Below are positions 42,603 to 55,930 of a stretch of 64,000 nucleotides of DNA, in pieces. A program made the position numbers and the translations under genes. Below the pieces are notes generated by a model, which saw only the letters and a list, made by a program, of their open reading frames with translations, made no database searches and was not told the DNA's origin. Within the stretch, counting starts at the first letter, position 1. Each line of letters begins with the position of its first letter. The stretch spans positions 30,808-94,807 of IMG/VR virus record IMGVR_UViG_3300048625_000156; one strand, given 5' to 3'. This DNA is from a virus.

Positions 42603-44178
42603 AAGAAAGATCTATCCAGCCATTTACAGCATTTTGATTTGTTGGGTCATACTTTTTGGCAACAGATATATCTATCCAGCCATATACCACTGGAACATTC
42701 CCAGCATCGGATACCTGACCATACCTTTTAGCTGTTTCGGTTGGCTGAAAAGTTCCTGGATCAGATTCGGATGGTGACCTAAACCGTCTTCCACCTGCAG
42801 AAACAAAAAGTCCAGTGCTAGTTGTTCTTTTGTCTCCGTCGCCAATGCTATTTACAGCATAAACCCTGAATAAATATGTTAGGGCAGGGGTAAGAAGACT
42901 GTAAACAAAACTTCCAGATGTCACAACGTTATAAGCATTGCTCTCTGTAAACTGTTTCGTAGAGTTATCCCAACCTTTCCAAGTTGTTCCATTATCTACG
43001 CTCAGCTGTAGTCTGTATTCGGTTACAGAATTTCCATAGTCGCCACCAGAAACAATATTTTGATGTGCAATTGTTACATTTCGTCCAACCTTAGATGAAA
43101 CAGATATGGACTGTGGTGCAGAAGGAACTCCAGGAGCCATTTCTGAAACTGCATCTGATGTCACTGATCCAATTGTGTTTGTAGCAACAATTGTATAAGA
43201 ATATGTAGTCCCTCTAGTGAGACCAGAATCTTCATATGGACTAGAAACGTCTGATGCTATCAGGCTGGAGTTTCTATATACATTAAAGGTTTGTGCTGGT
43301 GATCCTGTGGTGACAGATCCAGTCCAAGTAACCGTAATCTTGCCAGCAGTTGATGTTGATTTTGTGGCTGAAGATATTACAGGCTTTGATGGTGCATATG
43401 GTGAGTAAGCTCCTTGAGCTGACGATGGATCTGGGGATACCGTGCTGGAAATGGCTGCTCCAGCAGCAGTAGTCACGGCGTTTTCAGCAGTAACGTGATA
43501 GTAGTACTTCACATCAGCTGATTTTGCACCAGTATCTGCGAAAGTGGTTGTTGTGCTGGTTCCAATAGACGTACCGATTGTTGCGGCATTTGTAGACCTA
43601 TAGATATTATATCCAGTAACTGCAGTTCCACCATCATTAGATGGGGCTGCCCATGATAGATCAATTCTTCCAGCAACTGTAGAACTTGATGTTGCCGTTA
43701 CGACTCCTGGTGCTGTAGGAACTAAGTAATACCTAATTCCACCACCCATACGACCAGTTCTAGATGCTCCATTATATACTGTTGTGTAGCTTGAGCTTGT
43801 ATCACGACCAGCATATACTGAGTATGTGTTTCCTGTCCACTTAAATGTAGTGTCTTGAGCAGCAGAAGATACGTTAATTAGTTTATCTGGAGAAACATCA
43901 ACCCAAACCATGGGGATATTTGCACCATCTGCATCTTCTGGTAGCTCTTTCGAAACTGATGTTGCAGAACCAACTGTAATGGTTCCATTTCTAGCAGTAG
44001 TTCCAACTGCAGCAATATTAGCACCAACAGATGCTACAAGAATTGGATATGTTGTTGCTAAAGTTGAAGTATTATATGCGGCTCTACCTGCAGGATATCG
44101 ACCTGTTGACGAAATAACGCCAGCACTGTTTGACGTGCCAGAATCATTTCCACCCCAGGTTAATTCAGAATAAACCAT
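42601..44178 (-). CDS. Fibronectin type III repeat virion protein
   Basis: Three Fn3 units (IDLSWAAPSNDGGTAVTGYNIYR; YSYTIVATN; YLFRVYAVNSIG). Confidence 0.8.
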   Translation of the reverse strand: MVYSELTWGGNDSGTSNSAGVISSTGRYPAGRAAYNTSTLATTYPILVASVGANIAAVGTTARNGTITVGSATSVSKELPEDADGANIPMVWVDVSPDKLINVSSAAQDTTFKWTGNTYSVYAGRDTSSSYTTVYNGASRTGRMGGGIRYYLVPTAPGVVTATSSSTVAGRIDLSWAAPSNDGGTAVTGYNIYRSTNAATIGTSIGTSTTTTFADTGAKSADVKYYYHVTAENAVTTAAGAAISSTVSPDPSSAQGAYSPYAPSKPVISSATKSTSTAGKITVTWTGSVTTGSPAQTFNVYRNSSLIASDVSSPYEDSGLTRGTTYSYTIVATNTIGSVTSDAVSEMAPGVPSAPQSISVSSKVGRNVTIAHQNIVSGGDYGNSVTEYRLQLSVDNGTTWKGWDNSTKQFTESNAYNVVTSGSFVYSLLTPALTYLFRVYAVNSIGDGDKRTTSTGLFVSAGGRRFRSPSESDPGTFQPTETAKRYGQVSDAGNVPVVYGWIDISVAKKYDPTNQNAVNGWIDLS

Positions 44179-44186
44179 CTATCCTC

Positions 44187-45113
44187 CTACCAGAACCAGA
44201 GATCTCCAGCAACTACAGCATTAGCAGCATTCAAGGCTGGGTCCATCTGACCAACAAACATTCTTCTGTATGTGCTGTTATCTGTTGCTGGAACATATGA
44301 TGGTGATCCAGTTGTAGCAGCATTGTACCAAACTGATTTTCCTGCAAAAGATGCGTTGGTTGCTGTTGTTGCATTACCACTTGTGTTTACAGTAATTGTA
44401 GATGGTAAAGAGATTGTTCCATCTGCGGCTACGCTAATGTTTGTGCCAATCTTTACAAGTCCTGCTAATGATGTGGTTGCATAACCGTCTACCCATGCTA
44501 CAGTATCTGCAGCAGAGTTTGTTCTTAGAATCTTATTTCCCTGACCAGTTGTAGCGTTTAGCTTGTTGGCTGTGATTTCATTTGCCTTGATCTTAACATT
44601 TGTAACAGAGTTTGCGTCAAGGTTGCCTTCTTGAATTAGAGTATTTGTTGGAATATCAATGGTTGCATCTCCAAGGAATTTTACAGTTCCAGTAAAGTTA
44701 ACCCAACCACTGATTACTGTTGGTGTTGCCTCTACTCCACCTTCGATAACTGGGGTAGTCAAAGTTTTGTTTGTCAGGGTTGCTGTATCACTTTTACCAA
44801 CGAGAACTGTGCTCACTGATGGAAGAGTAATTGTGACATCTGAAGCTAGAGTTGGGGCATCAATAATAGCCTTACCAGTACCGCCAGAAATATTAATAAC
44901 ACTTGTAAAGACTGGGCTGTCAAGGTCTGCTTTGTTGACCTCTAGCTGTCTAAGATATCCAGCAATAGAGTTTTCAGCAGACTCTAGCTCTAGAAGGGTT
45001 GCATCTGTTCCAGCCGTACCATAATGAAATACCTCAAACGCTGTTTGAATGTCTGCAGAGTCCGATAGTGATGGTACTCTGATTGAATAGTTCGTTCCGA
45101 TGTTCTGAGGCAT
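44187..45113 (-). CDS. Tail fibre-like protein
   Basis: TATLTNKTLT and ATTSLAGLVKIG fibre motifs; ends GDLWFW. Confidence 0.65.
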   Translation of the reverse strand: MPQNIGTNYSIRVPSLSDSADIQTAFEVFHYGTAGTDATLLELESAENSIAGYLRQLEVNKADLDSPVFTSVINISGGTGKAIIDAPTLASDVTITLPSVSTVLVGKSDTATLTNKTLTTPVIEGGVEATPTVISGWVNFTGTVKFLGDATIDIPTNTLIQEGNLDANSVTNVKIKANEITANKLNATTGQGNKILRTNSAADTVAWVDGYATTSLAGLVKIGTNISVAADGTISLPSTITVNTSGNATTATNASFAGKSVWYNAATTGSPSYVPATDNSTYRRMFVGQMDPALNAANAVVAGDLWFW

Positions 45114-45136
45114 ACCTAAATTATATCACAAACCTG

Positions 45137-46186
45137 CTAGATTAAAGATGCATATAGTTTTAGGTTTTGAGCAAGTCTAGAATTTTCTGGATCTAGCCTG
45201 AGAGCTGCCTTTCCAAAATCAACCGCTTCGTCATATTTACCCAAATGGTATGCCGAAATCGAAGCTAGGTCATATGGCAAGGTCCCCCAAGCAAAATTTT
45301 CACACAAATAGTCTAGTGGCTTGGTTGTAATTGCAAGAGCTGATTTTGAGTAGGTGTAGCACTGTCCCCAATCAGAGTTGTTATAAGCAAGATTAGCCAT
45401 GTCCATAAAAGGCTCTCTCCTGTTTGGGTCTGTTTGAATTGCCATGGTCAACCACATGTAGGCGTTATCTGGCTCGCATTGTGCGAGGTATCTGTAAGCT
45501 CTGGCTCTCTCTGCACTCCAGGTTGCTGTTGGCAATGCAAGGTACTTGTGAAAATGTTTTGCTGCAAGGCTGCTTTGATTATAAAAGAAAAGCTCACGAG
45601 CATAATAAAACATGTTTCTATCATCGTATGGGTCCTCTTTAACAGATAGCTCAAGAAGCGGAAGGTATTGAGAGCGAGTTTTTGAGTTGTCTGGGTAATG
45701 GTGTATTTCTAAGTCTGTCCATTCCTGAACCTCAGACAGTCTATCGGCTACCAATACTTCATGTACTGGGTGCTTCCAACGATATCCATGACGTTTGTGG
45801 ATCTTGTCTCCACCATATTCTAGACCTGGCGTTCCGTCTTCACTCCATGACCAAGTATATTTGTAACGAGGACGAGTTGTCTCTGACTTGATTCCCTCAA
45901 GTTTTTCACGCCAGCCAGGAACAAGAACTTCATCCATGTCAAGAGATATACAGATGTCCACATCGTCTGGCAACAGAGATAGAGATACGTTTCTAGCATC
46001 ATCGAACCTCCATGGCTTTACTGATGCTGATACGACCTCAACTCCGTTTTCCTGTGCGATAGCAACAGTATTGTCTGTTGACCCTGTGTCAAGAATTAGT
46101 CTGTAGTCTGCGTCCTTGCAAGACTCTGCCCATCGTTCTACAAAACTTTCTTCGTTTAATGCAATTGTATAAACTGCTATTTTCAT
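45137..46186 (-). CDS. Family 2 glycosyltransferase with C-terminal TPRs
   Basis: IALNEE, DTGSTD, FDDARN, LDMDE (DxD), VHE, followed by TPR helices. Confidence 0.88.
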   Translation of the reverse strand: MKIAVYTIALNEESFVERWAESCKDADYRLILDTGSTDNTVAIAQENGVEVVSASVKPWRFDDARNVSLSLLPDDVDICISLDMDEVLVPGWREKLEGIKSETTRPRYKYTWSWSEDGTPGLEYGGDKIHKRHGYRWKHPVHEVLVADRLSEVQEWTDLEIHHYPDNSKTRSQYLPLLELSVKEDPYDDRNMFYYARELFFYNQSSLAAKHFHKYLALPTATWSAERARAYRYLAQCEPDNAYMWLTMAIQTDPNRREPFMDMANLAYNNSDWGQCYTYSKSALAITTKPLDYLCENFAWGTLPYDLASISAYHLGKYDEAVDFGKAALRLDPENSRLAQNLKLYASLI

Positions 46187-46195
46187 CTAATACCC

Positions 46196-47275
46196 CTACT
46201 TTAAATATTGCCAACTAGTACCATTATACACCATCATGTTTGCTGTAACAAATGAGCTTGTTTCTGAATTCCAAACCTTTACGGTAGATCTTGACGTAGG
46301 TGCAACATTGTTTGATGGAGAAATAAAAGGACCTATTGGTGAAATTGACGCTGAACTTGTTGAAGTTGCAACAATTGTTCCCAAAGTGTTTCCAGTTGCT
46401 GTTGCTGAAGCTCTTACTCTTGTCAAAACTGTATAGGAGTTTCCTGCAGTTATTGAAATGTTTGACCATGAATGTGCTGGGGCTACCTTACCTACCGCAA
46501 CAGTACCTGCCGTAACAGTGTAAACTGTGTCGGTAGACCAAGTTACACCATTGTCAAGACTGTATGCATATCCATAATAAATTGTATCGTTAATGTTTGT
46601 ATTAACTCTTGCTCCTGCTGGCACACTAACATTAATTTTAGATGCGTCTGATGTGCTCCTTGTTATTGTTGGAGAAGATAGGTCTACACCAGTTCCAGTT
46701 CCAGTCCAACCTGGTGCTACATATCCAAGGTTTGTTGTTGCGGAGCCAAGAATTGTTGTCAGAGTTGCAGTAATGGTTGTTCCTTCAGGAACATATGTTA
46801 CATTTGTGTTTGAGTCTATATACGCCTGGATTGTTGTTGCGGCTGGGGTTGCTCCTGCATCATGGTTTACAGTAAAAGACCATGCTGATGCAGTTGGTGA
46901 GGTGATAGTTCCAGTTGTTGGAATAGATGTAAAAGCAATTGTCGGAGTTCCATCATTATTTCCCATCCAGTAATACCTGTTGGTAGTCATGGCGGTATAC
47001 TGAATTGTAGTAGCAGGGTTATAAGATTTAGTATAAGCTGTTGCACCATTTGTTTTATATTGTGCATATGTTGTACATGAATATGTTGAGAAGTTGTTTG
47101 TACGTTCATGCATCATGTAACTGTATGTTACAGTTGTCGTATTTGTAGATGGATTATATACTAGGTTAGTTGGGATATATATGCTAAACCCATTACCATC
47201 TGCAGCACCTTCAAAATCTGTAAGGTTTTGATCAATGTGCGTGGCATCTGATGCATTATAGTTATAAACTGCCAA
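46196..47275 (-). CDS. Thr/Ser-rich virion fibre or receptor-binding protein
   Basis: Beta-rich; ends VYNGTSWQYLK. Confidence 0.55.
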   Translation of the reverse strand: MAVYNYNASDATHIDQNLTDFEGAADGNGFSIYIPTNLVYNPSTNTTTVTYSYMMHERTNNFSTYSCTTYAQYKTNGATAYTKSYNPATTIQYTAMTTNRYYWMGNNDGTPTIAFTSIPTTGTITSPTASAWSFTVNHDAGATPAATTIQAYIDSNTNVTYVPEGTTITATLTTILGSATTNLGYVAPGWTGTGTGVDLSSPTITRSTSDASKINVSVPAGARVNTNINDTIYYGYAYSLDNGVTWSTDTVYTVTAGTVAVGKVAPAHSWSNISITAGNSYTVLTRVRASATATGNTLGTIVATSTSSASISPIGPFISPSNNVAPTSRSTVKVWNSETSSFVTANMMVYNGTSWQYLK

Positions 47276-47284
47276 TTAGTTCAC

Positions 47285-50310
<3,026 letters not shown>

Positions 50311-50311
<1 letters not shown>

Positions 50312-51555
50312 TAAGGCGTTCCTCCATCAATTGTTCCATCTATTCTCAGGTATACCAGATCAAGAAGCGCTTCTAGATCTTCCACGCTAAGAGAAATAGT
50401 CCTGGTAGTATTATTATACACTATTGGGCTGTCTGCTGAAGCCACTCCAGAATCTCCAGCGATACCCTGCGGACCTGTGGGACCAGGAATAGTTGATGCG
50501 GTTCCTGTAGGTCCTGTCGGACCAGCAATACCTTGAGCACCCTGTGCTCCAGTTGGTCCTGTCGGACCTTGTAATCCTGTAGACCCCTTTGGTCCTGTAG
50601 CACCATTAGGTCCTGTCGGACCTGTATCTCCAGGTAGACCTGTATACCCCTGATCGCCCTTCTCTCCTTGCAAGCCTCTTGGACCAGTAGACCCATTTGG
50701 ACCTTGAATACCCTGAGAACCTGTAGGTCCCTGGACACCTTGCAAACCTTGTAATCCAGCAGGTCCTGTTGGTCCTGTTACACCCTGAATACCTCGAATA
50801 CCTTGAATACCCTGTGAGCCAGTGAGACCTTGAGGACCTGTCAAGCCTCGTGGACCTGTGGGTCCTTGAACACCTTGAACACCCTGAACACCTTGAACAC
50901 CCTGTAGACCTCTTGCACCAGTAGGTCCTGTCGGACCAGGCACAGTGCTTGCTGCACCAGTTGACCCAGTTGGTCCAGAATCTCCCTGCAGACCTCTTGG
51001 TCCTGTCGGACCAGTAGATCCTTGAACACCCTGGATGCCTTGAATGCCTTGAACACCCTGAGCACCTCTTTCGCCTTGTGGTCCTGTTGGACCAAGAAGA
51101 CCCTGAATACCTTGTTCTCCACTAGCACCTTGTGGACCTGTTGGTCCTTGAACACCTTGAAGACCTTGTGTCCCCTGAATTCCTTGTATTCCCCTAGGTC
51201 CTGTCGGTCCTTGAGGACCTGTTGCTCCAGAACTTCCTGTTGGACCCTGAAAACCTCTTGGACCAGTAGAACCAGCAATGCCCTGAATTCCTTGAAGACC
51301 TGTTGCTCCAGTTGGTCCTGTCGGACCGATTGATCCTGTTGCTCCGTCGATGCCTCGTACTCCAGTAGGTCCAGCGTCTCCTTGTGGTCCTGTCAGACCA
51401 TCTGGTCCTGTTGGACCCACCATGTATAAATCTGCAACTGGGATTATTCGAACAGAGTCTATGTTTTCAGATTTTACGATTTTAATTGTAGTTGGCTCAG
51501 ATTGAACGACTCTTACAATAATGTCTGGCTGTTCAGGATCGATGTAGTCTGTCAT
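50311..51555 (-). CDS. Collagen-like protein
   Basis: About 320 residues of Gly-X-Y (GPT/GxQ); ends IDGGTP. Confidence 0.85.
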
Positions 51556-51567
51556 CTACCCCACCAC

Positions 51568-53211
51568 CTAGTCAGTAAGCCTTAGCCCAGAAAGAATCCA
51601 CTTATCGGTATCTACCTTGAGAAGAGTTGCTGTTGAGTTGATTGGCACAATGAATGGAACTGCATTTGAATATGTGTAATTCAAGCCTTCGCCCCAAATT
51701 GTAGTTGTTTGATAGTCAGCAGCTGAGATGTGCCAAGGACTCTCATCGCTAGTAGCAAACTTGATTTCAGAACCAATTGGGAAAGCAACGGATGCATTAA
51801 TTGGAACTATAAATTCTGATGCGGTTTGAGTTAGGTTTGCATATAGCATTTTACCGACATTACTTAGTGAGCCAGTTAATGGACTACCATCGGATGCAAG
51901 CACTCTTGGATAAATCCCCAAGTCTCTAACAGTTGCAATCTGGTTTTCAGGTGATTCTGAATTTAAGAATTCTCCACCATCGCCATTAAGAATTACAGCA
52001 CCACCAGCTTGAGATGTTAGAGCAATGTCTCCGCCATAGCCAGCGGTATTGGAGTATCCAGAAATGATGTTAATACTTCCACCACTAGAATTTTCTCCGT
52101 TATAGACACTTCCTGCACGAATTTCAATTGGACCACCAGAACCACTTCCAGAGCTACCAGCAGCGATCTCTATAAAACCACCAGTATTGTTATCAGAGTA
52201 TCCTCCACGAATTTTAGCATATCCACCCTGACCAGTTCCAATTCCATTTCCACCATCAATTTTTATGTCTCCACCATCACCGTTGGTTCCTCCACCACGA
52301 CCAGCCCAGAGATAAAGATCTCCACCCTCGCCGTCGTAGCTATCTCCAGCAGCACCATCTTGTCCAGCAATAACTAGACGATTAGCAGTTGGGTTTGCGG
52401 TAGTCGCTGGTGGTCCAGTAATGATTGACTGATCAAATGAGGATGCAAAACGTAAAACATCTCCAGAGCCTGTTCTATTGTTAGATGGTCCATATGGAAA
52501 GTGAATGCCACCAGCCATATCAAAATTCCAAGAAGAAGTTCCAGCTACAAGAGAAACGTGTGCTTTTGGTTGTACTACGTTTCCAGTAATTGCAAGTGGA
52601 AAAGTTTCTTCGAATGTCTTTGTAATAGGACCAGACCACTGAAAAACCATTGCAGCAGTACCCTGACTAGTTGCGTCGTAAATAGCCAAAGTTTGAACAG
52701 AAGTAGAGTCTGCAAAAGTAATTGTTGCAGAGCTGTAGGTGTTGTTAGAGAACCACTGGGTGTCTTCATTTACAGGTAAATATACTGCTTCGCTATTATT
52801 AATTCCATTAGTAGTGTCTGCGTAATCAGCATAGAAGGTTGCGGTACGACTGTCGGTAACAATGTTTCCATCAAAGCCGCTACCAATTGCTGCATTGGCA
52901 GAAGGAAGAGCAAGATTTCCATTTGCTCTGAATGACCATTCGTGTTCTCCGTCGTTTGTGTAAACTCTTACATCATCTGTAACTGATGTAAGTTCTATTG
53001 AGTCGTTTGCGGTAATCCAAACATCATCTGCAGAGTTGATATCAATGTCTGAATCTTCGTCAGTATCACGAGTGGTTTGGATACGCATGTCGTGATTATG
53101 AATGGTAATAGTGCTTTGACCATCGCCATCATTTTCAAAAACGAAATCAGCAATGTCTGCTGAACCTGTGCCACTTGGACCAGGCATTGGAACAATTTTA
53201 ATAATTGGCAT
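51568..53211 (-). CDS. Gly-rich tail spike/fibre protein
   Basis: GG-x-I-x-I-x-xG repeats; C-terminal AFPIGSEI...WILSG; start moved to MPIIK (TAATG overlap). Confidence 0.65.
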   Translation of the reverse strand: MPIIKIVPMPGPSGTGSADIADFVFENDGDGQSTITIHNHDMRIQTTRDTDEDSDIDINSADDVWITANDSIELTSVTDDVRVYTNDGEHEWSFRANGNLALPSANAAIGSGFDGNIVTDSRTATFYADYADTTNGINNSEAVYLPVNEDTQWFSNNTYSSATITFADSTSVQTLAIYDATSQGTAAMVFQWSGPITKTFEETFPLAITGNVVQPKAHVSLVAGTSSWNFDMAGGIHFPYGPSNNRTGSGDVLRFASSFDQSIITGPPATTANPTANRLVIAGQDGAAGDSYDGEGGDLYLWAGRGGGTNGDGGDIKIDGGNGIGTGQGGYAKIRGGYSDNNTGGFIEIAAGSSGSGSGGPIEIRAGSVYNGENSSGGSINIISGYSNTAGYGGDIALTSQAGGAVILNGDGGEFLNSESPENQIATVRDLGIYPRVLASDGSPLTGSLSNVGKMLYANLTQTASEFIVPINASVAFPIGSEIKFATSDESPWHISAADYQTTTIWGEGLNYTYSNAVPFIVPINSTATLLKVDTDKWILSGLRLTD

Positions 53212-53597
53212 TATGGACCACCTACTGGGGTAACGTCTGATAGAACTACGATAGTTCCAATGATTGGTGTCCATACAGTGTCTTCGTCAATAATAACCTG
53301 TAGGTCAAAAGATAGCTCGGCGGAGATGGCATTGGATCCAGTACCCCAAGAAGATGTGATAGTTGGTGACGCAACTACATCGACGTAGCCGTTGAAAGGT
53401 GTTGTAGCAAGAGTATATCTTTGATCTGCCTTGGGATCATAGGCTGTTGACGTAAAGGTCCAGGTTGATGTATCATACATAGTGACCTCATCATTATTTA
53501 AAAATTCAATGCGTAGTCTGGCTGTGTCACCACGAACGACTTTCCACTGAACGGATGCTGGGGAAGCTCCAAAAGAGTCTGGAATTGATGAAGTCAT
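53211..53597 (-). CDS. BppU-like virion adaptor protein
   Basis: VVRGDT...FDLQV...GTIVVLSDVT pattern. Confidence 0.55.
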   Translation of the reverse strand: MTSSIPDSFGASPASVQWKVVRGDTARLRIEFLNNDEVTMYDTSTWTFTSTAYDPKADQRYTLATTPFNGYVDVVASPTITSSWGTGSNAISAELSFDLQVIIDEDTVWTPIIGTIVVLSDVTPVGGP

Positions 53598-53631
53598 AGT
53601 ACTTACAGTATATCATAATCTTATGAAACAT

Positions 53632-53682
53632 AAAAGCCGATACCTGGTCGGTGGGTATGAGAGAGACGACCAAGTATCAGCT
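53632..53682 (-). ncRNA. Candidate ~50-nt hairpin small RNA
   Basis: TGTGGTATAAT immediately upstream; 15-bp stem GCTGATACTTGGTCG/CGACCAGGTATCGGC; loop TCTCTCTCATACCCAC; then TTTT. Confidence 0.45.
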
Positions 53683-53699
53683 AGTAAATTATACCACAA

Positions 53700-53880
53700 A
53701 ACATATGTTTCGTCTATGTTACGAAATCGTTACAAAGATTTTACATAAAAAGTACTTGACAAAGTTTTGAGATGTGCTATTATATATAAATATGGGGGTA
53801 GGGGGCAAAAGACTATATATAAATATATAAGATATATAACTTATAAGATATAGTTCTTTATTATATATAAATAATAATCG
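53700..53880. other. AT-rich non-coding tract with promoter; candidate origin
   Basis: TTGACA 53756 with TATTAT 53778; repeated TATATATAAA; no sense ORF downstream. Confidence 0.35.
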
Positions 53881-53922
53881 CCAGTCAAGACGACTGACGA
53901 TTGTTTTTGTTTTAAGCTCGTT

Positions 53923-54210
53923 TTATTTTTGACGACCGACGTATTCAATAAAAATCTTAGTTAGGTGTTCAATCTTTTGATCTAGCTTTTCGTGATAAAG
54001 TTCACCTTGTGAATTCTGACTCTTGAGATCTAGAATATCCTGTTCCATTCTGTTTACCTGATCTTTTATTGATTTACCAGAATTAGGTCTTAGCTCATGC
54101 TTGATATCATCAAAATAATGACGTACCAACCATCTGACTCCTAGGGCTGCTGAAGAAATAACAGTAGTAAGACTAACTGTGATAGCTATGATTGTTTCTG
54201 CAAGAGTCAT
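53923..54210 (-). CDS. Small membrane protein (holin-like)
   Basis: One N-terminal TM helix, LRPNSGKSIKDQVNR, coiled coil. Confidence 0.6.
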   Translation of the reverse strand: MTLAETIIAITVSLTTVISSAALGVRWLVRHYFDDIKHELRPNSGKSIKDQVNRMEQDILDLKSQNSQGELYHEKLDQKIEHLTKIFIEYVGRQK

Positions 54211-54603
54211 AATACTAATAATTATACCAGAATGTTAATAACTTTGTGGATAAGTCACGGCGGAAAAATAGAGCTACGCCTTCGGCGTAAAATCGGCGGT
54301 AAATAGAGATCCCAAATCCACCAATGCTACTAACGTAGCCATATGGATTACATAAAAATCTTTGCAGGATATCCCCAAACATTTCTTGCAGATAAGCCCC
54401 AAATAAAAACACCTCCCAGGAAGCCCTCAGATGCCCCTAGAAGGCGATAGAACTATATCCGACGAACTCTAGTATGGTCAAGAATGAACTTATATATATT
54501 TACTAGGTTATTCATAGTAACGTTAGACGTTATTAGGACCAAATCAAGAGAGCTGAAGCTCTTGTGTACCGTCCGAAGTTATGCTATACTTGTAATCTAT
54601 CGT

Positions 54604-54828
54604 ATGGGAGATACCTTGGAAGTCCTAGTTGTTCTAGTTGCACTCTACTTTTTTGTATTAATTTATGTTATTCCTGCAATTATTGGAATTGCATTAGTCG
54701 CACTTGTCCTTCAGTGGACAATAAACAAATTTGCAGCTCATGGAGAGCCAAATGATGATATTGAAGATCATCCATTGTATTGTGCTATCTGTGGAGATGT
54801 GGAAGATTGGCATAGACATGCTCCGTAA
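54604..54828 (+). CDS. Small membrane protein with CxxC
   Basis: Upstream TTGTGT-17-TATACT; start at ATG 54604 or TTG 54616. Confidence 0.55.
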   Translation: MGDTLEVLVVLVALYFFVLIYVIPAIIGIALVALVLQWTINKFAAHGEPNDDIEDHPLYCAICGDVEDWHRHAP

Positions 54829-54916
54829 GTTAGTTATCGTTACCCTCGGACTTTCAGCAATCTTCATTTGGATGTTTTTATTCCAATTCGTTATCAAATC
54901 GTTACTTAATATTTAG
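54818..54916 (+). CDS. 32-aa single-TM peptide
   Basis: MLRKLVIVTLGLSAIFIWMFLFQFVIKSLLNI; overlaps the upstream ORF. Confidence 0.4.
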   Translation: MLRKLVIVTLGLSAIFIWMFLFQFVIKSLLNI

Positions 54917-54925
54917 GAAAAACAT

Positions 54926-55087
54926 ATGAAACAGTTCGGAGTTACACACCTGGAGAAGCAATTCTGCAAATGTTGTGTTATTTTAGCTAATCCTAGAGCT
55001 AAAGTTAAGAAACAGACTGAAAAGTTGATCAAAGAGCAGATGGATGCCTTCCGAAATGACGAAAATCTGAAAAAATTTTCAAATTGA
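54926..55087 (+). CDS. Hypothetical 53-aa protein
   Basis: AGGA SD; MKQFGVTHLEKQFCKCC... Confidence 0.5.
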   Translation: MKQFGVTHLEKQFCKCCVILANPRAKVKKQTEKLIKEQMDAFRNDENLKKFSN

Positions 55088-55296
55088 CAAAAATCTGAAT
55101 ATTTTATAAAGATGAATGATACACGCTATGAAAACAAAACTCAAGATCGAATAGTGAGCACACACCAGGGGCATAGTATCTAGGGACACTACACACCCCC
55201 CTAATGTTATCATTTTGTTACCAAACTAACGGCGTGTCGATTTGATAAATGTCTGTGCCTGTGCTTATAATAGAGGTATAAAGAAAGGAAAAATAA

Positions 55297-55470
55297 ATGT
55301 TCGAATTCAACACAGTAATCATCACCAAGCGAGGTTCTCGTGAGGCAGGTGTATCGTTCTCTGTTCACACATTCAAGGCTACTACCGAGGCAGAGGTAAA
55401 GGCTATTGTTAGCCACCCCTCAATAGCAGGGTGGAAGTATGGATACAGCATTGGCTACGCTAAGATGTAG
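55297..55470 (+). CDS. Microprotein, 57 aa
   Basis: Own promoter, AAAGGA SD; MFEFNTVIITKRG... Confidence 0.75.
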   Translation: MFEFNTVIITKRGSREAGVSFSVHTFKATTEAEVKAIVSHPSIAGWKYGYSIGYAKM

Positions 55471-55518
55471 TTAGATGTCTGCCCCTACTGATACAATCAA
55501 ACTAACAAAAGGAAAATA

Positions 55519-55641
55519 ATGACTACTGCTGAAATGAAACTACGCTATAACGAACTTATGCGAATTGCTAAGTCTGGTGACTATATGTCTATGGCTGAGT
55601 TTGAAGAGTTACTTGCCCTTAGTAAAAAGTTGAAGAAGTGA
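55519..55641 (+). CDS. Microprotein, 40 aa (paralogue of 56202-56324)
   Basis: MTTAEMKLRYNELMRIAKSGDYMSMAEFEELLALSKKLKK. Confidence 0.75.
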   Translation: MTTAEMKLRYNELMRIAKSGDYMSMAEFEELLALSKKLKK

Positions 55642-55775
55642 TTTGACTTCCCCCAGGAAATCTGGTCGGCAAAAATAACGTTTTGGTAACAAACAGTAAG
55701 AAACGCACTAAATGTCCCTAAAATGTCGTAGGGTCATGTTAGACTGTTAGCAACAACAAAGGATAGGAAATAGAA

Positions 55776-55859
55776 ATGAACGAGAAAACCCTAAAGGCTA
55801 TGATGGCTCAGATTGTTCGTGAGAACGCTAAGAAGATTGAAGAAGAAAAGAAAAAGTAA
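55776..55859 (+). CDS. Microprotein, 27 aa
   Basis: MNEKTLKAMMAQIVRENAKKIEEEKKK; own promoter and SD. Confidence 0.6.
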   Translation: MNEKTLKAMMAQIVRENAKKIEEEKKK

Positions 55860-55930
55860 CGGCGTGTCGATACCGTTAAATGTCAGACCCTCGTGCTAAA
55901 ATAAACTAACAAACAAACAAAGGACACTAA

